A stretch of DNA of 64,000 nt from Macrostomum lignano (Eukaryota). The stretch covers positions 1 to 64,000 of the forward strand of contig NIVC01003703.1 of assembly GCA_002269645.1 (NCBI GenBank), read 5' to 3'. The notes below the pieces were generated by a model, which searched no databases, was not told where the DNA came from, and was given only the letters and a program-made list of their open reading frames with translations. Made by a program: the position numbers and the translations under genes. Numbering within the stretch: position 1 is the stretch's first letter; the number at the start of each line of letters is the position of its first letter. Below are positions 51,161 to 62,790 of the stretch, one piece after another.

Positions 51161-54100
51161 ATGGCCTGCCACTGCCACTTGCCTGTTGTTGCTTTTGCAG
51201 CTCTCTGTCTTCTGACAACGGTTTGCTCTGGTGAGTAGCTCGTACAGCTGGCTTCATGGATAATCGGGACTCGGGTATCGGGACTCGGGTATCGGGACTC
51301 GGGTATCGGGACTCGGGTATCGGGACTCGGGTATCGGGACTCGGGTATCGGGACTCGGGTATCGGGACTCGGGTATCGGGACTCGGGTATCGGACTCGGG
51401 TATCGGGACTCGGGTATCGGGACTCGGGTATCGGGACTCGGGTATCGGGACTCGGGTATCGGGACTCGGGTATCGGGACTCGGGTATCGGGACTCGGGTA
51501 TCGGGACTCGGGTATCGGGACTCGGGTATCGGGACTCGGGTATCGGGACTCGGGTATCGGGACTCGGGTATCGGGACTCGGGTATCGGGACTCGGGTATC
51601 GGGACTCGGGTATCGGGACTCGGGTATCGGGACTCGGGTATCGGGACTCGGGTATCGGGACTCGGGTATCGGGACTCGGGTATCGGGACTCGGGTATCGG
51701 GACTCGGGTATCGGGACTCGGGTATCGGGACTCGGGTATCGGGACTCGGGTATCGGGACTCGGGTATCGGGACTCGGGTATCGGGACTCGGGTATCGGGA
51801 CTCGGGTATCGGGACTCGGGTATCGGGACTCGGGTATCGGGACTCGGGTATCGGGACTCGGGTATCGGGACTCGGGTATCGGGACTCGGGTATCGGGACT
51901 CGGGTATCGGGACTCGGGTATCGGGACTCGGGTATCGGGATCTCGGGTATCGGGACTCGGGTATCGGGACTCTCGCTCGCAACGTCCTTCTACCTCAGCT
52001 GTTCCCATCAATTATTTATCAGGGCAGGCCAAAACCGATTCTGCACTCGTAGCTCAGATTTCAATCTCGAAATTAATCTTTCGAATGCATTCAGAAAGCT
52101 CGAGAGAGAGGAGGGAAAAGCGGTTCGTCCCAAAAAAGTACATTGAATGCCCTGTCAAGCTGCTAGTCGAATTTTCCTCGCCCCCCCCCCCGATTTGGAG
52201 ATCCCCGCCTTCGCCTGTCAAGCAAAGAATAAATCTCAAATATTTCTCCCCCACTCGATAATCCCCGATCGTGCCATTCCTCTTTCAAGCCGTTTCTACA
52301 GTAAAATACGCATTTAAACGAGAAAAAATTCTTTTATAACCTTGGCATGGCAACTGGGTCCTGCCTTTATCCCCCTCACCATTCCTTTTCTCCTCTCTCC
52401 GCTGCTCTCACTTTCGAATTTGGGGGGGGGGGTTTCGAGCTATGTGCGCATGTGTGTGTGCGTGTGTGTGTGTGTGTCTGGTCCTCATAAAATATGGAGG
52501 AAAAATGCCTTTCTCAGAGTCCCCCTACGGCAAGAGTTAGTACGCTGTAGCAACCTGTAGTGAGGGAAGCATTGACCCGCTGCCTGTCCGGCCCTTTCAG
52601 CTTCTTTATCGTCTGGTTTATTGCGGACTAAAAAAGGGGCACAGAGTATTAAGATACACAATCCTAAGGCTTCCTGTCCTAGCAACTAAAAGCACCAATT
52701 ACTTGGGGACTAGGCCAATTACCGGAATTACCTCCGCTTGGTAAATCAATTGATATTTCTTAGAAAATGTTTACAGATTACAATTCAACCTAATATTGGT
52801 GCAGATGGACGCTGTGAATTGTGAATTGCTCAAAGGCAGAGTTTTCCCTAGAATCAAAGAGTTTAATCAAACTACATAAGCTATTTATAGGCTTCGAGGC
52901 CACTATATAGCTGTTGTCACGCCAACTTCCCTCCAGAGACTGCGGACTAATCAGTGTGAGTTTGTCCAACTCAGATTTTCTTGTTGAATTCGGGCACAAA
53001 ATTAATCCTACTACAAAAATGGTGATATCTATACGCTAGGGCTTGCAGAGTAAGGTTAGAGAAAAGCAATGATTGCATGTAGTTTGCAGCAGAAAGTTTT
53101 TGGCTATTCTGTACCTTCCCAAGAGAATTGTTCCGGCCCTTATCCCTTTGGTCTCTTGTGAAATTTCCTTTCTTCATTTTTATCTTCCTGCTCTCGCTTC
53201 GATCGGTTCAAAAATAATACGCGATCACGCACTTGGCGAGTGGGCGCGACCTTGAGAGCGGATCACGTGATTTGTTAAGATTCGCATTCTTAGAAAACAC
53301 TACTGATTGTGTGTACAATAATGTACTTTGTTGTTCAAGTTTCAGTCCCTTGTTGCTTCTGAAAACATGCGTAGCTGCAGCGCCTCCTAAGTCATTAATA
53401 ATTAATTACCCCGCAGTAGATTAGAAAAGAGTGGAACAGATCCCAGCCGAGGTCAGTAAAAACTTGTTGACTCCCAGGTCAGTCGGTAGTCGCGCTCACA
53501 ATGCTGAGGTCGCTCTCAGGTGTCAGACTGTTGGCTAAGCTTGGCTTGGCTATGACGGTCTGAAGTGTCGCTGAAGAGCCACTCCTAGCTGAATAATTGG
53601 ATCCTCAGCTGACTGACTTTCTGCATGGAAGGTTGAGCAGTGGAGCCGTGACTCTATCGTCTTCTTGGGTTCGTTTCTGCATTCATTTCACGCACCCTGA
53701 GGGCCGTCATAAGTATAGAGATTTTTTATTTACAAGTGTACATACCTGACGATGAGAAGGTCAAGGTATTCATGTACACCCTTACACCCTGTACACCACC
53801 CTGTACACCCTGTACATCTTGTACACCCTGCACCCTGTACACCCCTGTACACCCCTGTACACCCTTTACACCCCTGTACACCCTGTACACTCTGTACATC
53901 TTGTACACCCTGCACCCTGTACACCCCTGTACACCCTTTACACCCTGTACATCCTGTAAACCCTGTACACCCTGTACACCCTGTACATCTTGTACACTCT
54001 GCACCCTGTGCACCCTGTACACCCCTGTACACCCTTTACACCCTGTACATCCTGTAAACCCTGTACACCCTGTACACCCTGTACATCTTGTACACTCTGC

Positions 54101-57100
54101 ACCCTGTTCACCCTGTACACCCCTGTACAACCTTTACACTCCTGTACATCCTGTAAACCTTGTACACCCTGTACACCCTGTACACTCTGTACACCCTAAA
54201 AACTCACAGGCCTCGAGGCGGACTTCGCCTGCGGCGGCTCGAACACGCCTATCCGACTAGTTGGCGAGATGGACGAGTCCCGGTTCTCCGCCAGCTCGAG
54301 CTACGCCAACTATTTGCCTTATAAGGCCAGGTGAGAGCTGAATGGGATTATGCCGGAACATATTCGATCGCCATGGTAACTACCTGGTGATAAGTCGGTG
54401 AGGTGTCTTTAAAACTTTATAAACTCTCGATACCACGTATCGTCAGAGTCGAAAATTCTCAACAACACCACAGGGGTTGTAGCCTAGTGGTTAGAGCGTC
54501 GGACTCACGACTTGAAGGTCGGGGGTTCGATTCTCGACTCCACTCGGAACAATTTGTGTCCTTGAGCAAGACACTTAATCCAGCTGTAAAATGGGTGCCA
54601 GCATTGGCTGGGGTAATTGAGGGTGAGTGTGGCGACCCCCCAGTCCTTGGACTGAACAGCCTTCTAGTTGTCCTTGGATTCATGCCCATGAGGGCAACCC
54701 CCCCCCAAGGCACAGAGAGTGTACATGCCTGACGATTGGAAAGTCAGGACCGCTGTACACCCTGTGTGAGCTTGTGCATGAGTGCGTGACTGTGTACAGT
54801 ATTGGCGCGCTTGTGTGTGTTCAGGAGTCAGCGAAGGCATTTCACCCAAGTGCCCACAGGTCTACTGAGGTATTTTTTATCCTATGAGATCCAGCCAGAG
54901 GGTTAACCAGAAGGTTTCCCGACACTGCTCAACATACAGGGTGACCAATGACGGCAACATCGACAAAGCCTGGTGCCCCTCAGTGAGCTTGCAGCCGCAC
55001 CAACTCACCGAGTGGATCAGCGTGCAGTTCGACTCGGTCAAGATTATCAACAACCTGCTGACTGTGCCCAGGCAGCACCGGTCTGTTGAGCTGGTGAGCC
55101 CGCTGCGGTTGATTGCTGATGATAATTCCCCCGATAGTGGTGTTTTATTCCCCGGCAAAAGTGATAATTCCCCCGATAGTGGTGTTTTATTCCCCCGGCA
55201 AAAGTGATAATTCCCCGATAGTGGTGTTTTATTCCCCCGGCAAAAGTGATAGTTCCCCCGATAGTGGTGTTTTATTCCCCCGGCAAAAGTGATAGTTCCC
55301 CCGATAGTGGTGTTTTATTCCCCCGGCAAAAGTGATAATTCCCCCGATAGTGGTGTTTTATTCCCCCGGCAAAAGTGATAATTCCCCCGATAGTGGTGTT
55401 TTATTCCCCCGGCAAAAGTGATAGTTCCCCCGATAGTGGTGTTTTATTCCCCCGGCAAAAGTGATAATTCCCCTGATTAATGGCCATAATTTCTCCTGAT
55501 AACGGTGATAATTCCCTGGTAATGGCGATTATTCCCTGAATATGTCCCTCGGATACGATGCATAATTCCCTAATATAAATTTGAATCACCATTTATTGCG
55601 AGTACTTCGATAAATTTCGACAATTACCCTGACAAGATAAAACCGACAATTCAACGCAGAATTTTCTTGTACATGTAGCTGGTCTCCTAGAATTTGACTC
55701 ATTCTTCTCTGATCTTGTCTGTTGATGGTCGCCACCCAAATCGCCATCGCTTCAAGCTGTCAACTTCAATGCAGGCTGAGACTGACAGTGTCTCCGGGGC
55801 AGACAGGCAGTGAGTCAGTGTGGCCTGACGCGGCGCTAATAAATAATTATTGTGCACAGACCATCAAGCCAACCAGCCAGTTGATCGAGCGGAATTTGAA
55901 CAATAATTATATTATCATAATAATTACTCAAGTTAACAAATATGCTTAATTCTCTACTTTTTCCCTGTCTCCCCAGTGTTGTAATGGATAAATAATATAG
56001 GAAGAACATTGTAGCATGCCGGCAGCAGCTGCTGGAGCTGACAGGCTTAAAAGAAGATTATGTTTCTCCCTTATTTTCCTGGCACGACCTGGGGAAGAGA
56101 GGCGGAGGCCCTCTGGTGCTATGGATATTTTCCCCTATTATTTCTTCCCATATAACTGCTGGCGGTCCCGGCTGGCTGAGCAGCAATCGGCCATTTTCCA
56201 TGGCGGCAGGAGCTCAGGGGGGGGGGGGACTACCGGAGGCTCCGCCCAGTGCCCCATCTTTATTCACTGCTCTGCAGCATCTGTAGGCAGATGGATTATC
56301 GCCTAAGGGCTTCTCAAGCCCGCCTGTCTGCTCTGCTGTCGGCATCTCCTCCTCCCACTCTGCCTTACCCTCATCGTCTCACTCTCATCTCCATGCCTAC
56401 AGCTGCAGAGATAAGAACAAAACAATCACTTCTGCCTTCGCCCTCCTCCCCCGCCTGTCTCAGAAGAATTCGCTTCAGGGTTGGGGATGTGCGGGCTTGG
56501 GAACTGTGGATGCAGGATTTATCTGACTGGGATTTCTGCTAAGCTGTAGAAATGAATTTTCAAATCAGCCGAGCGTCGCCACAGATTTTATGGTGGGGGG
56601 GGGGTGCCGAAGTGACGCCCAAAATTGAGAATTTTTCTTGCCTAACAGGTGCATTGCCAGCTGGATGCTGACTTTCGCTACAAAATGATAGTAATAGTAA
56701 TCATAACAAGGAACTTAACAACTCAGGACGCTACACTCGCGAATGGTAGAAATTCTAGAAAAGGCCGCTTGCTTTAGCTGTGTCTATGGCAATGAAGCCT
56801 TTCACTAACATTTTTCATATTCTCAATGCTGGTTCAGACCAGCACTGCTGGTTTGTAGCAATAATTTGTTTCGTCTAAAATCTTGATAAATAGCAACACT
56901 CTTTTCATCAAAATGTCAATGAAGTGCTGCATCCCTGGATGCAGAAGCAATTATAAGAGCGGTGAAAAATGCACTGTTTTTGGCTTTCCAAAGGAAGAAG
57001 CTGAAGCTGTGGCATGGCTCAATGCGTTGCCTGTGCAAGTTAAGGTAATTTATGTTGCCTTTTGAACCTAATTTTTCGTTTCTACTATAAAGATACTTAT

Positions 57101-59907
57101 ATTAACTGAATTGTGATGATCATTTCATTCTATCTGTAGAAGGCTAGCATCTACATGGGAGTCTGCAAAAATCACTGGCCTGAAAATGCACCACTGAAAC
57201 GAATTAACCGCCATACACGCCCCATCGACCCAACCTTTTCTAGAATTTCTACCATTCGCGAGTGTAGCGTCCTGAGTTGTTAAGTAGTCCTAGAATCATA
57301 ATCATAATCATGATCAAAATCATAATCAAAATAGTTGATTGCACCTGCCCCAATTCGAGCAGATATGCAACCGACAGCTCAGCCGCAGCTATTTGCGCGG
57401 CGCATCTGAAGGCTGCGTACGGCTGTTCAGTCCAAGGACTGGGGGGTCGCCACACACACCCTCAATTACCCCAGCTAATGCTGGCACCCATTTTACAGCT
57501 GGGTGAACTGAAGCAATGCAGAGTTAAGTGTCTTACTCAAGGACACAAATTGTTCCAGTGGGATCGGGAAGCGAACCCCCGACCTTTCAGTCGTGAGTCC
57601 GATGCCTTGATCACTAGGCTACAGCCCATGGTTTGGCCATAGACAAATCCAAGAGAGAAAAATCTTTCTATAAAAAATAGAACAAGCTGATTGAAATTTG
57701 CTTGCTTGCCTGTCCTCATTGCCTAATCTCCGCCTCCGGATGGTAAGATAGTTGAGACATTTATGAGTATTTTCAGCGAGATTGACACCATTTTTTACTC
57801 TTTCTGCTTTGGCTGTCCTGGAAAGGCGAGAATTCACATTTTTGTTCCTCTGTTACAGTCACTGTAGCTTATAAGCTTACTGACAGAGTTCTTTTGAGTC
57901 TTCACAGGAGGTAAAATTTCAGGACTCAGAATCAGATCCTGACCGAACTGTTGCCTGCCGCTCTCCTCCCTTGCTCGGTCTGGTAAACAGAGGACGGAGA
58001 GAAAAATAATTAACTAGCTACCTTCACTTCTCGGGCGCGACCTGTTTGCTTAATCCTTGTCTTGGCCCTGCCCGCCTGTCACCGTGGCGAAGGGAAATTA
58101 AGTCTGCGCAGGATCGCTAGAGAGGCTACTCAATGGGCGCCCCTGTGCGCGGTTGGAGAGCGAGCAGGTGCGGCATAATAGAGCCGAAGCAGCTCCCGCT
58201 TCCTGCGGATAGCAAACAGCCAAGGGCTTGCGGCCAGCTGTGAGCACTCGAGAGCCGACTGACTGGCCAGCTTGACTGACTTGAGCAAAATTGACTCCTT
58301 CCAGGCTGAGATCTGCACTCGGATTGCAGCCAGCGGGGTCTGGAGTTTCTTCCGTGCCAAATTTAATTAATTATTTTTATTCTGAATTTTGAAGACAAAA
58401 GTGGACATTAATTCCCGATTGCCAGGGCGAGTTCACCAAGCAGCTGTTCATCCAGTACAGGCGCTCTGACTCGGAGGACTATCGAAACTATTCGCTGATT
58501 TCCACTCGGGATGGCGAACTGAAGGCTAGCAAGGTGAGTTCACCTGAGTTCACCCGGGTTCACTTGGGTTCATCTGGGTTCACCTGGGTTCACCTGGGTT
58601 CACCCGGATTCACCTGGGTTCATCTGGGTTCATCTTGGTTCACCCGGATTCACCTGGGTTCACCTGGGTTCACCTGGGTTCACCCGGATTCACCTGGGTT
58701 CACCTGGGTTCATCTGGGTTCGCCTGGGCTCACCTAAGTTTATCTGAATCTGGGTTCACCTAAGTTCACCTGGGTTCACCTGGGTTTACTTGGGTGCACA
58801 TGGGTTCACCTGGGTTCACCTGGGTTCACCTGGGTTCACCTGGGTTCACCTGGGTTCACCTGGGTTCACCTGGGTTCACCTGGGTTCACCTGGGTTTACC
58901 TGGGTACACATGGGTTCACCTGGGTTTACCTGAGTTTATCTGAACCTTGGTTCACCTGAGTTTATCTAAACCTGGGTTCACCTGGGTTCACCTGAGTTCA
59001 CCTGGGTTCACCTAGTTCACCTGGGTTCAACTGAGTTTATCTGAGTTCAATGTAGGTCTCAGGTTGGGCCACCGACTCTCTTGGACCCTCTCATGGTGGG
59101 TCTCAGGTTGGGTCATTGACCCTTCCTGAGGTCTTGGGTTGAGAGAAAGCCGCTCTCAAACCCTCTATGAAGCATCAATGGGCCACCATAATGCTACCAT
59201 ATTTGATCTGCTGTCGTGAATCTTGCAGCTCGTGAAGGGAAACTCCGACCTGAAGGACCGGCGCAACTACGTCACCCTGCGGCCGCCGCTGGTGGCCAGC
59301 CAGATCCGCATGTACCCGGTGAACCCGGATCGGGGCGAGGTGAACGCCTGCCTCAAGTTCGAGCTGTTCGGCTGCCCCGACTACCAGGGCGTCATGGCGT
59401 ACTCGGCCGCCGTGGGCCACGGCCGCCAGTTCCAGGACGCATACTACGACGGCAGGCGCGGCCAGGACGGCGTCCTTCGCGACGGCCTCGGCCAGCTGAC
59501 CGACTGCATCGGGGCTGACAGCGGCGCCGAGGCGGCCGCCTACGCCAACGGCGACCCGCTGACGCCGTTCGTTGGCTGGGACCGACGCCGGCTTGGCCGC
59601 GACTACATCGATTTGCAGTTCGACTTTGACAGGGTGCGCCTGTTCGACGGCTTGCGGCTTGACGTCAGCAACGACTTCGTCGGCTGGGACGCCCGGCTGT
59701 TCAGCCTGGCCAACGTGTCCTTCAGCATCGGCGGCCGCCGGTTCCCCAAGTGGACAGCCACCCGGGTGCGGCCCGACCCCAACCGGCGGGGAGCCAGGGT
59801 CATCCAGCTGCAGCTGCACCGCCACATGGCCCGCTTCGTGCGGCTCAGGCTGCACTTTGACCCGGCGGCCAACTGGATACTGCTGGCTGAGGCCACGTTT
59901 CAGTCCA
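51161..59907 (+). CDS. DDR: Discoidin domain receptor-like protein (signal peptide + DS + DS-like domains), 5' part only; exons 51161-51230, 54210-54330, 54940-55093, 58426-58533, 59229-59907
   Basis: Signal peptide [23 protein letters not shown]|G; F5/8-C motifs SASSSY, KAWCP, EWISVQF, GNSD...[14 protein letters not shown]...[10 protein letters not shown]; DDR DS-like motifs YSAAVG...DAYYDG...[41 protein letters not shown]. Phases 1,2,0,0,1 are consistent. TM and kinase exons were not found in the window. Confidence 0.85.
51260..51972. repeat. 14-bp near-perfect minisatellite (CGGGACTCGGGTAT), ~50 copies, DDR intron 1
   Basis: Only two disturbed units (~51391, ~51939). Confidence 0.97.
53770..54197. 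repeat. 9-bp-based minisatellite (CTGTACACC) with higher-order duplication, abutting the DDR exon-2 acceptor
   Basis: Tandem units ending 12 nt before exon 54210. Confidence 0.9.
54473..54860 (+). mobile_element. tRNA-derived SINE with CORE-like central domain (copy 1)
   Basis: A box TAGCCTAGTGG, B box GGTTCGATTC, then GTGTCCTTGAGCAAGACACTTAA..CAGCTGTAAAATGGG, resembling the CORE domain of MIR-type SINEs. A second copy lies at 57421-57627. Confidence 0.8.
55120..55475. repeat. 43-bp minisatellite (GATAATTCCCCCGATAGTGGTGTTTTATTCCCCCGGCAAAAGT), ~8 copies, DDR intron 3
   Basis: Period 43 (55261 to 55304). Confidence 0.95.
56707..57293 (+). mobile_element. Internally deleted P-element-like DNA transposon (587 bp) retaining a THAP domain
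   Basis: Perfect 52-bp inverted repeat (56713-56764 / 57234-57285), CAAGG../..CCTAG ends, 8-bp AATCATAA on both sides, spliced THAP ORF inside. Confidence 0.75.
56913..57283 (+). CDS. THAP (C2CH) domain-only ORF, 91 aa; exons 56913-57044 and 57140-57283
   Basis: [14 protein letters not shown]...[16 protein letters not shown]|[15 protein letters not shown]...PIDP: C-x4-C...C-x2-H plus the conserved P and W. GT-AG phase-0 intron; the stop codon lies inside the right TIR. Confidence 0.65.
57421..57627 (-). mobile_element. tRNA-derived CORE-like SINE (copy 2, inverted)
   Basis: Reverse complement of the head and CORE of copy 1. It carries ~20 extra nt in the CORE (CTCTGCATTGCTTCAGTTCAC) and a different 3' continuation. 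Confidence 0.8.
58534..59050. repeat. 10-bp minisatellite (GTTCACCTGG), ~50 copies, starting at the donor of DDR intron 4
   Basis: Begins at AAG|GTGAGTTCACCTGAGTTCACC. Confidence 0.95.
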
Positions 59908-59914
59908 GTGAGTT

Positions 59915-60495
59915 GCTCTGCTGCTCTAATCCTCTGCTGCTCTGATCCTCTGCTGCTCTGATCCTCTGATCCTCTGATCCTCTGATCCTCTGATCCTCTG
60001 ATCCTCTGATCCTCTGATCCTCTGATCCTCTGCTTCTCTGATGCTCTGATCCTCTGATCCTCTGATCCTCTGATCCTCTGATCCTCTGATCCTCTGATCC
60101 TCTGATCCTCTGCTCCTCTGATCCTCTGCTGCTCTGATCCTCTGCTGCTCTGATCCTCTGCTGCTCTGATCCTCTGATCCTCTGATCCTCTGATCCTCTG
60201 ATCCTCTGATCCTCTGATCCTCTGATCCTCTGCTCCTCTGATCCTCTGCTGCTCTGATCCTCTGCTGCTCTGATCCTCTGCTGCTCTGATCCTCTGCTGC
60301 TCTGATCCTCTGCTGCTCTGATCCTCTGCTGCTCTGATCCTCTGCTGCTCTGATCCTCTGCTGCTCTGATCCTCTGCTGCTCTGATCCTCTGCTGCTCTG
60401 ATCCTCTGCTGCTCTGATCCTCTGCTGCTCTGATCCTCTGCTGCTCTGATCCTCTGCTCCTCTGATCCTCTGCTGCTCTGATCCTCTGATCCTTT
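59915..60495. repeat. 8/16-bp minisatellite (CTCTGATC / CTCTGCTGCTCTGATC) directly after the DDR exon-5 donor
   Basis: Tandem units; includes a duplicated ~120-bp block. Confidence 0.95.
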
Positions 60496-60496
60496 A

Positions 60497-60735
60497 ATTC
60501 CCCTCAAGTAGGGACGCTACCACTCTCCGATTCCCCTCAAGTAGGGACGCTACCACTCTCCGATTCCCCTCAAGTAGGGACGCTACCACTCTCCGATTCC
60601 CCTCAAGTAGGGACGCTACCACTCTCCGATTCCCCTCAAGTAGGGACGCTACTACTCTCCGATTCCCCTCAAGTAGGGACGCTACCACTCTCCGATTCCC
60701 CTCAAGTAGGGACGCTACCACTCTCCGATTCCCCT
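60497..60735. repeat. 33-bp minisatellite (TTCCCCTCAAGTAGGGACGCTACCACTCTCCGA), ~7 copies
   Basis: Near-identical units; each has a small CCCT-CAAGT-AGGG hairpin. Confidence 0.95.
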
Positions 60736-62614
60736 ATGGCACACGCGGCTCTCAAGTGTCTGTAGCTACTACGAGCTATTATTAACGTTACCAGACACGA
60801 CATGCAGCAGCTCTCGCAAATCTGTGTCACACAGATGCTTTTCAACGAGTAACTGGCAAATGCCAAATATTCAGCACCAGTAAGCATATAGGTCTCTAGA
60901 AAAATCCTAAAATTTCAGATCGCGACTTCTCTTTCAATGGGATGAAGCAATTAGCAAATGGAGCGTCAGCGTTTTTAGCAGATTAAGGGCTTAGCAGACT
61001 CACTGTGGCAGTTCGAGTTACATAAAGGTTGCCTGACGCATTAGCGGATCGAATAATTCTCTAGCTGCTAAAAATTTTGCTCACTCAAAAACTGGCGACG
61101 ATGAAATCAGAGAGTTCCTCTCCCTCTCTCCTCCTGCCCCCGTCATCTGGGGCATTGAGTCATCTACTGGAAGCATCTACTGCGTATAGATAGCTATTGA
61201 AAGAAAATGTCTCAACAAAGTCTCACGGATTCTGTATCGACTTCCCACTCCTTCTCTTCCCTTACCTAAATAGGCCGTTTTCTCCACTCGTCCCCGCCCC
61301 CCGCCGAGCTGCTCTCTGTCTGCTCCCAAACACAGATAAACACAGAGCTGCGTGTATTGGGACTGCAAAGACAGGCCGACCAGCACGAATGCGTCATCAT
61401 CATCCTTAGCATCATCAGCTGCGCGTCCAGCTTCCCACAGGCCGCGTGTGAAACACACGCATAAACACACATATAAACACACGCATGGAAAACACCCGGG
61501 AGAGAGAGACTGCTATATACACTCTTTAGTCCCCTGCTTTTTGTCTTGCCGCTTTTCGACCTGTTGCCGTGGGCCCTCGTTTCCCGTCATCTCTACTTCT
61601 CTCTCAGCTTCCTCCTTTGCTTCATCCCGCTCAAGCAGTCGCCTAGCAAACCTCTGTAGCCTCTGGCGCACCTTGGCTTTCATCCAACTCGAGCCTGTAG
61701 CTATAACCCTTTTTTTCTCCCGCTCGTCTGCTTCCGTAGAAGCAGAGAAAAAAGCCGAAAATCTCCGCGTCTCACTGACGGCAGTTACAGAGAGTTGGGG
61801 AGGAGGGCGGGGGGGGGAAGGAAAATACACAAGAGCGCACAAATACAACATCAATGCAAACGCTGGCAATGATGAAGTGCGCATATTCGGCTATTCTATT
61901 CATTCAGGCAGTCCACAGGAATGAGGGGGATTAGCGCGTTGAATTTGCCTCCCACTAGACTGTATACAGAGAAATGAATGCCCCGCAACTGCTGATTGTT
62001 GCTCTCAGGTCAACCTGGCCCACTCCCCGAGGCCTGAACACCTCATTCCCATCCCAGGGGCAACAGCAGGATGAGGCAGCAGGCCAGCTTAGTGCAACTG
62101 CAGCATCCAATGCAAAGATGCCTTATCTAAGCACAATCTACAAGATTCCCCAACCACACTTAGTTATTATTTTTAGTCACTTGTATATTACTATCAATAT
62201 TACCTACGCTCGTATAAACCTATATCCGCAAATATAAACTTATAAACAGCACTACACGCTGAGTCTTATCTGCTGCATTGGGAAAGAAAATGTCATAAAA
62301 AAGCTCGCGACCGCACAGCTTACTTAAGTGCCGTGACCCTCCCGCTAAGCCATAACTGTTGGGCTGGGTTGGCAGTAAAACAACATTAGGCGGCAGTCTA
62401 GCCAACCCAAGTATTGTAAGTAACCTTTGTTTGGATCGGCGGGGCCAAGTGTGCTCAGGAATGCCTTGAAGCTCAGCTGACATAGGTTAGAGTCGGTCCC
62501 GAATCCGCTGGTCTCAGAGCGATGGCATGTCCCGGACTCATCAATCATGCCGGGAGTCAGAGCCGCCCACTTCCCCCCCTTCCACGGTGCGGCTTCATAT
62601 CTGTCCAGGTTCAG

Positions 62615-62790
62615 ACTGGCCAAGGACTACTAGATGTATAAAGTATCTCGATTAGAAACTTGCTCAGATTGACAAGGACTACTGAATGTATATAGAGAAT
62701 CTGGATTGGAAACTTGCTCAGATTGGCCAAGGACTACTAAATATATAGAGAACCTGGATTGAAAACTTGCTTAGATTGAGCAAAAACGAC
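62615..62790. repeat. Degenerate ~54-bp tandem repeat, ~3 copies
   Basis: Recurring CAAGGACTACT...GATT.GAAACTTGCTCAGATTG. Confidence 0.75.

Noticed and set aside
54473-54545. tRNA gene (also 57555-57627, minus)
   Set aside because: The anticodon and acceptor stems pair poorly, there is no oligo-T terminator, and the sequence continues into a shared SINE body.
61352-62623. Several 90-190-aa ORFs as DDR exons or a new gene
   Set aside because: No phase-compatible splice sites or recognisable TM/kinase motifs; low complexity.
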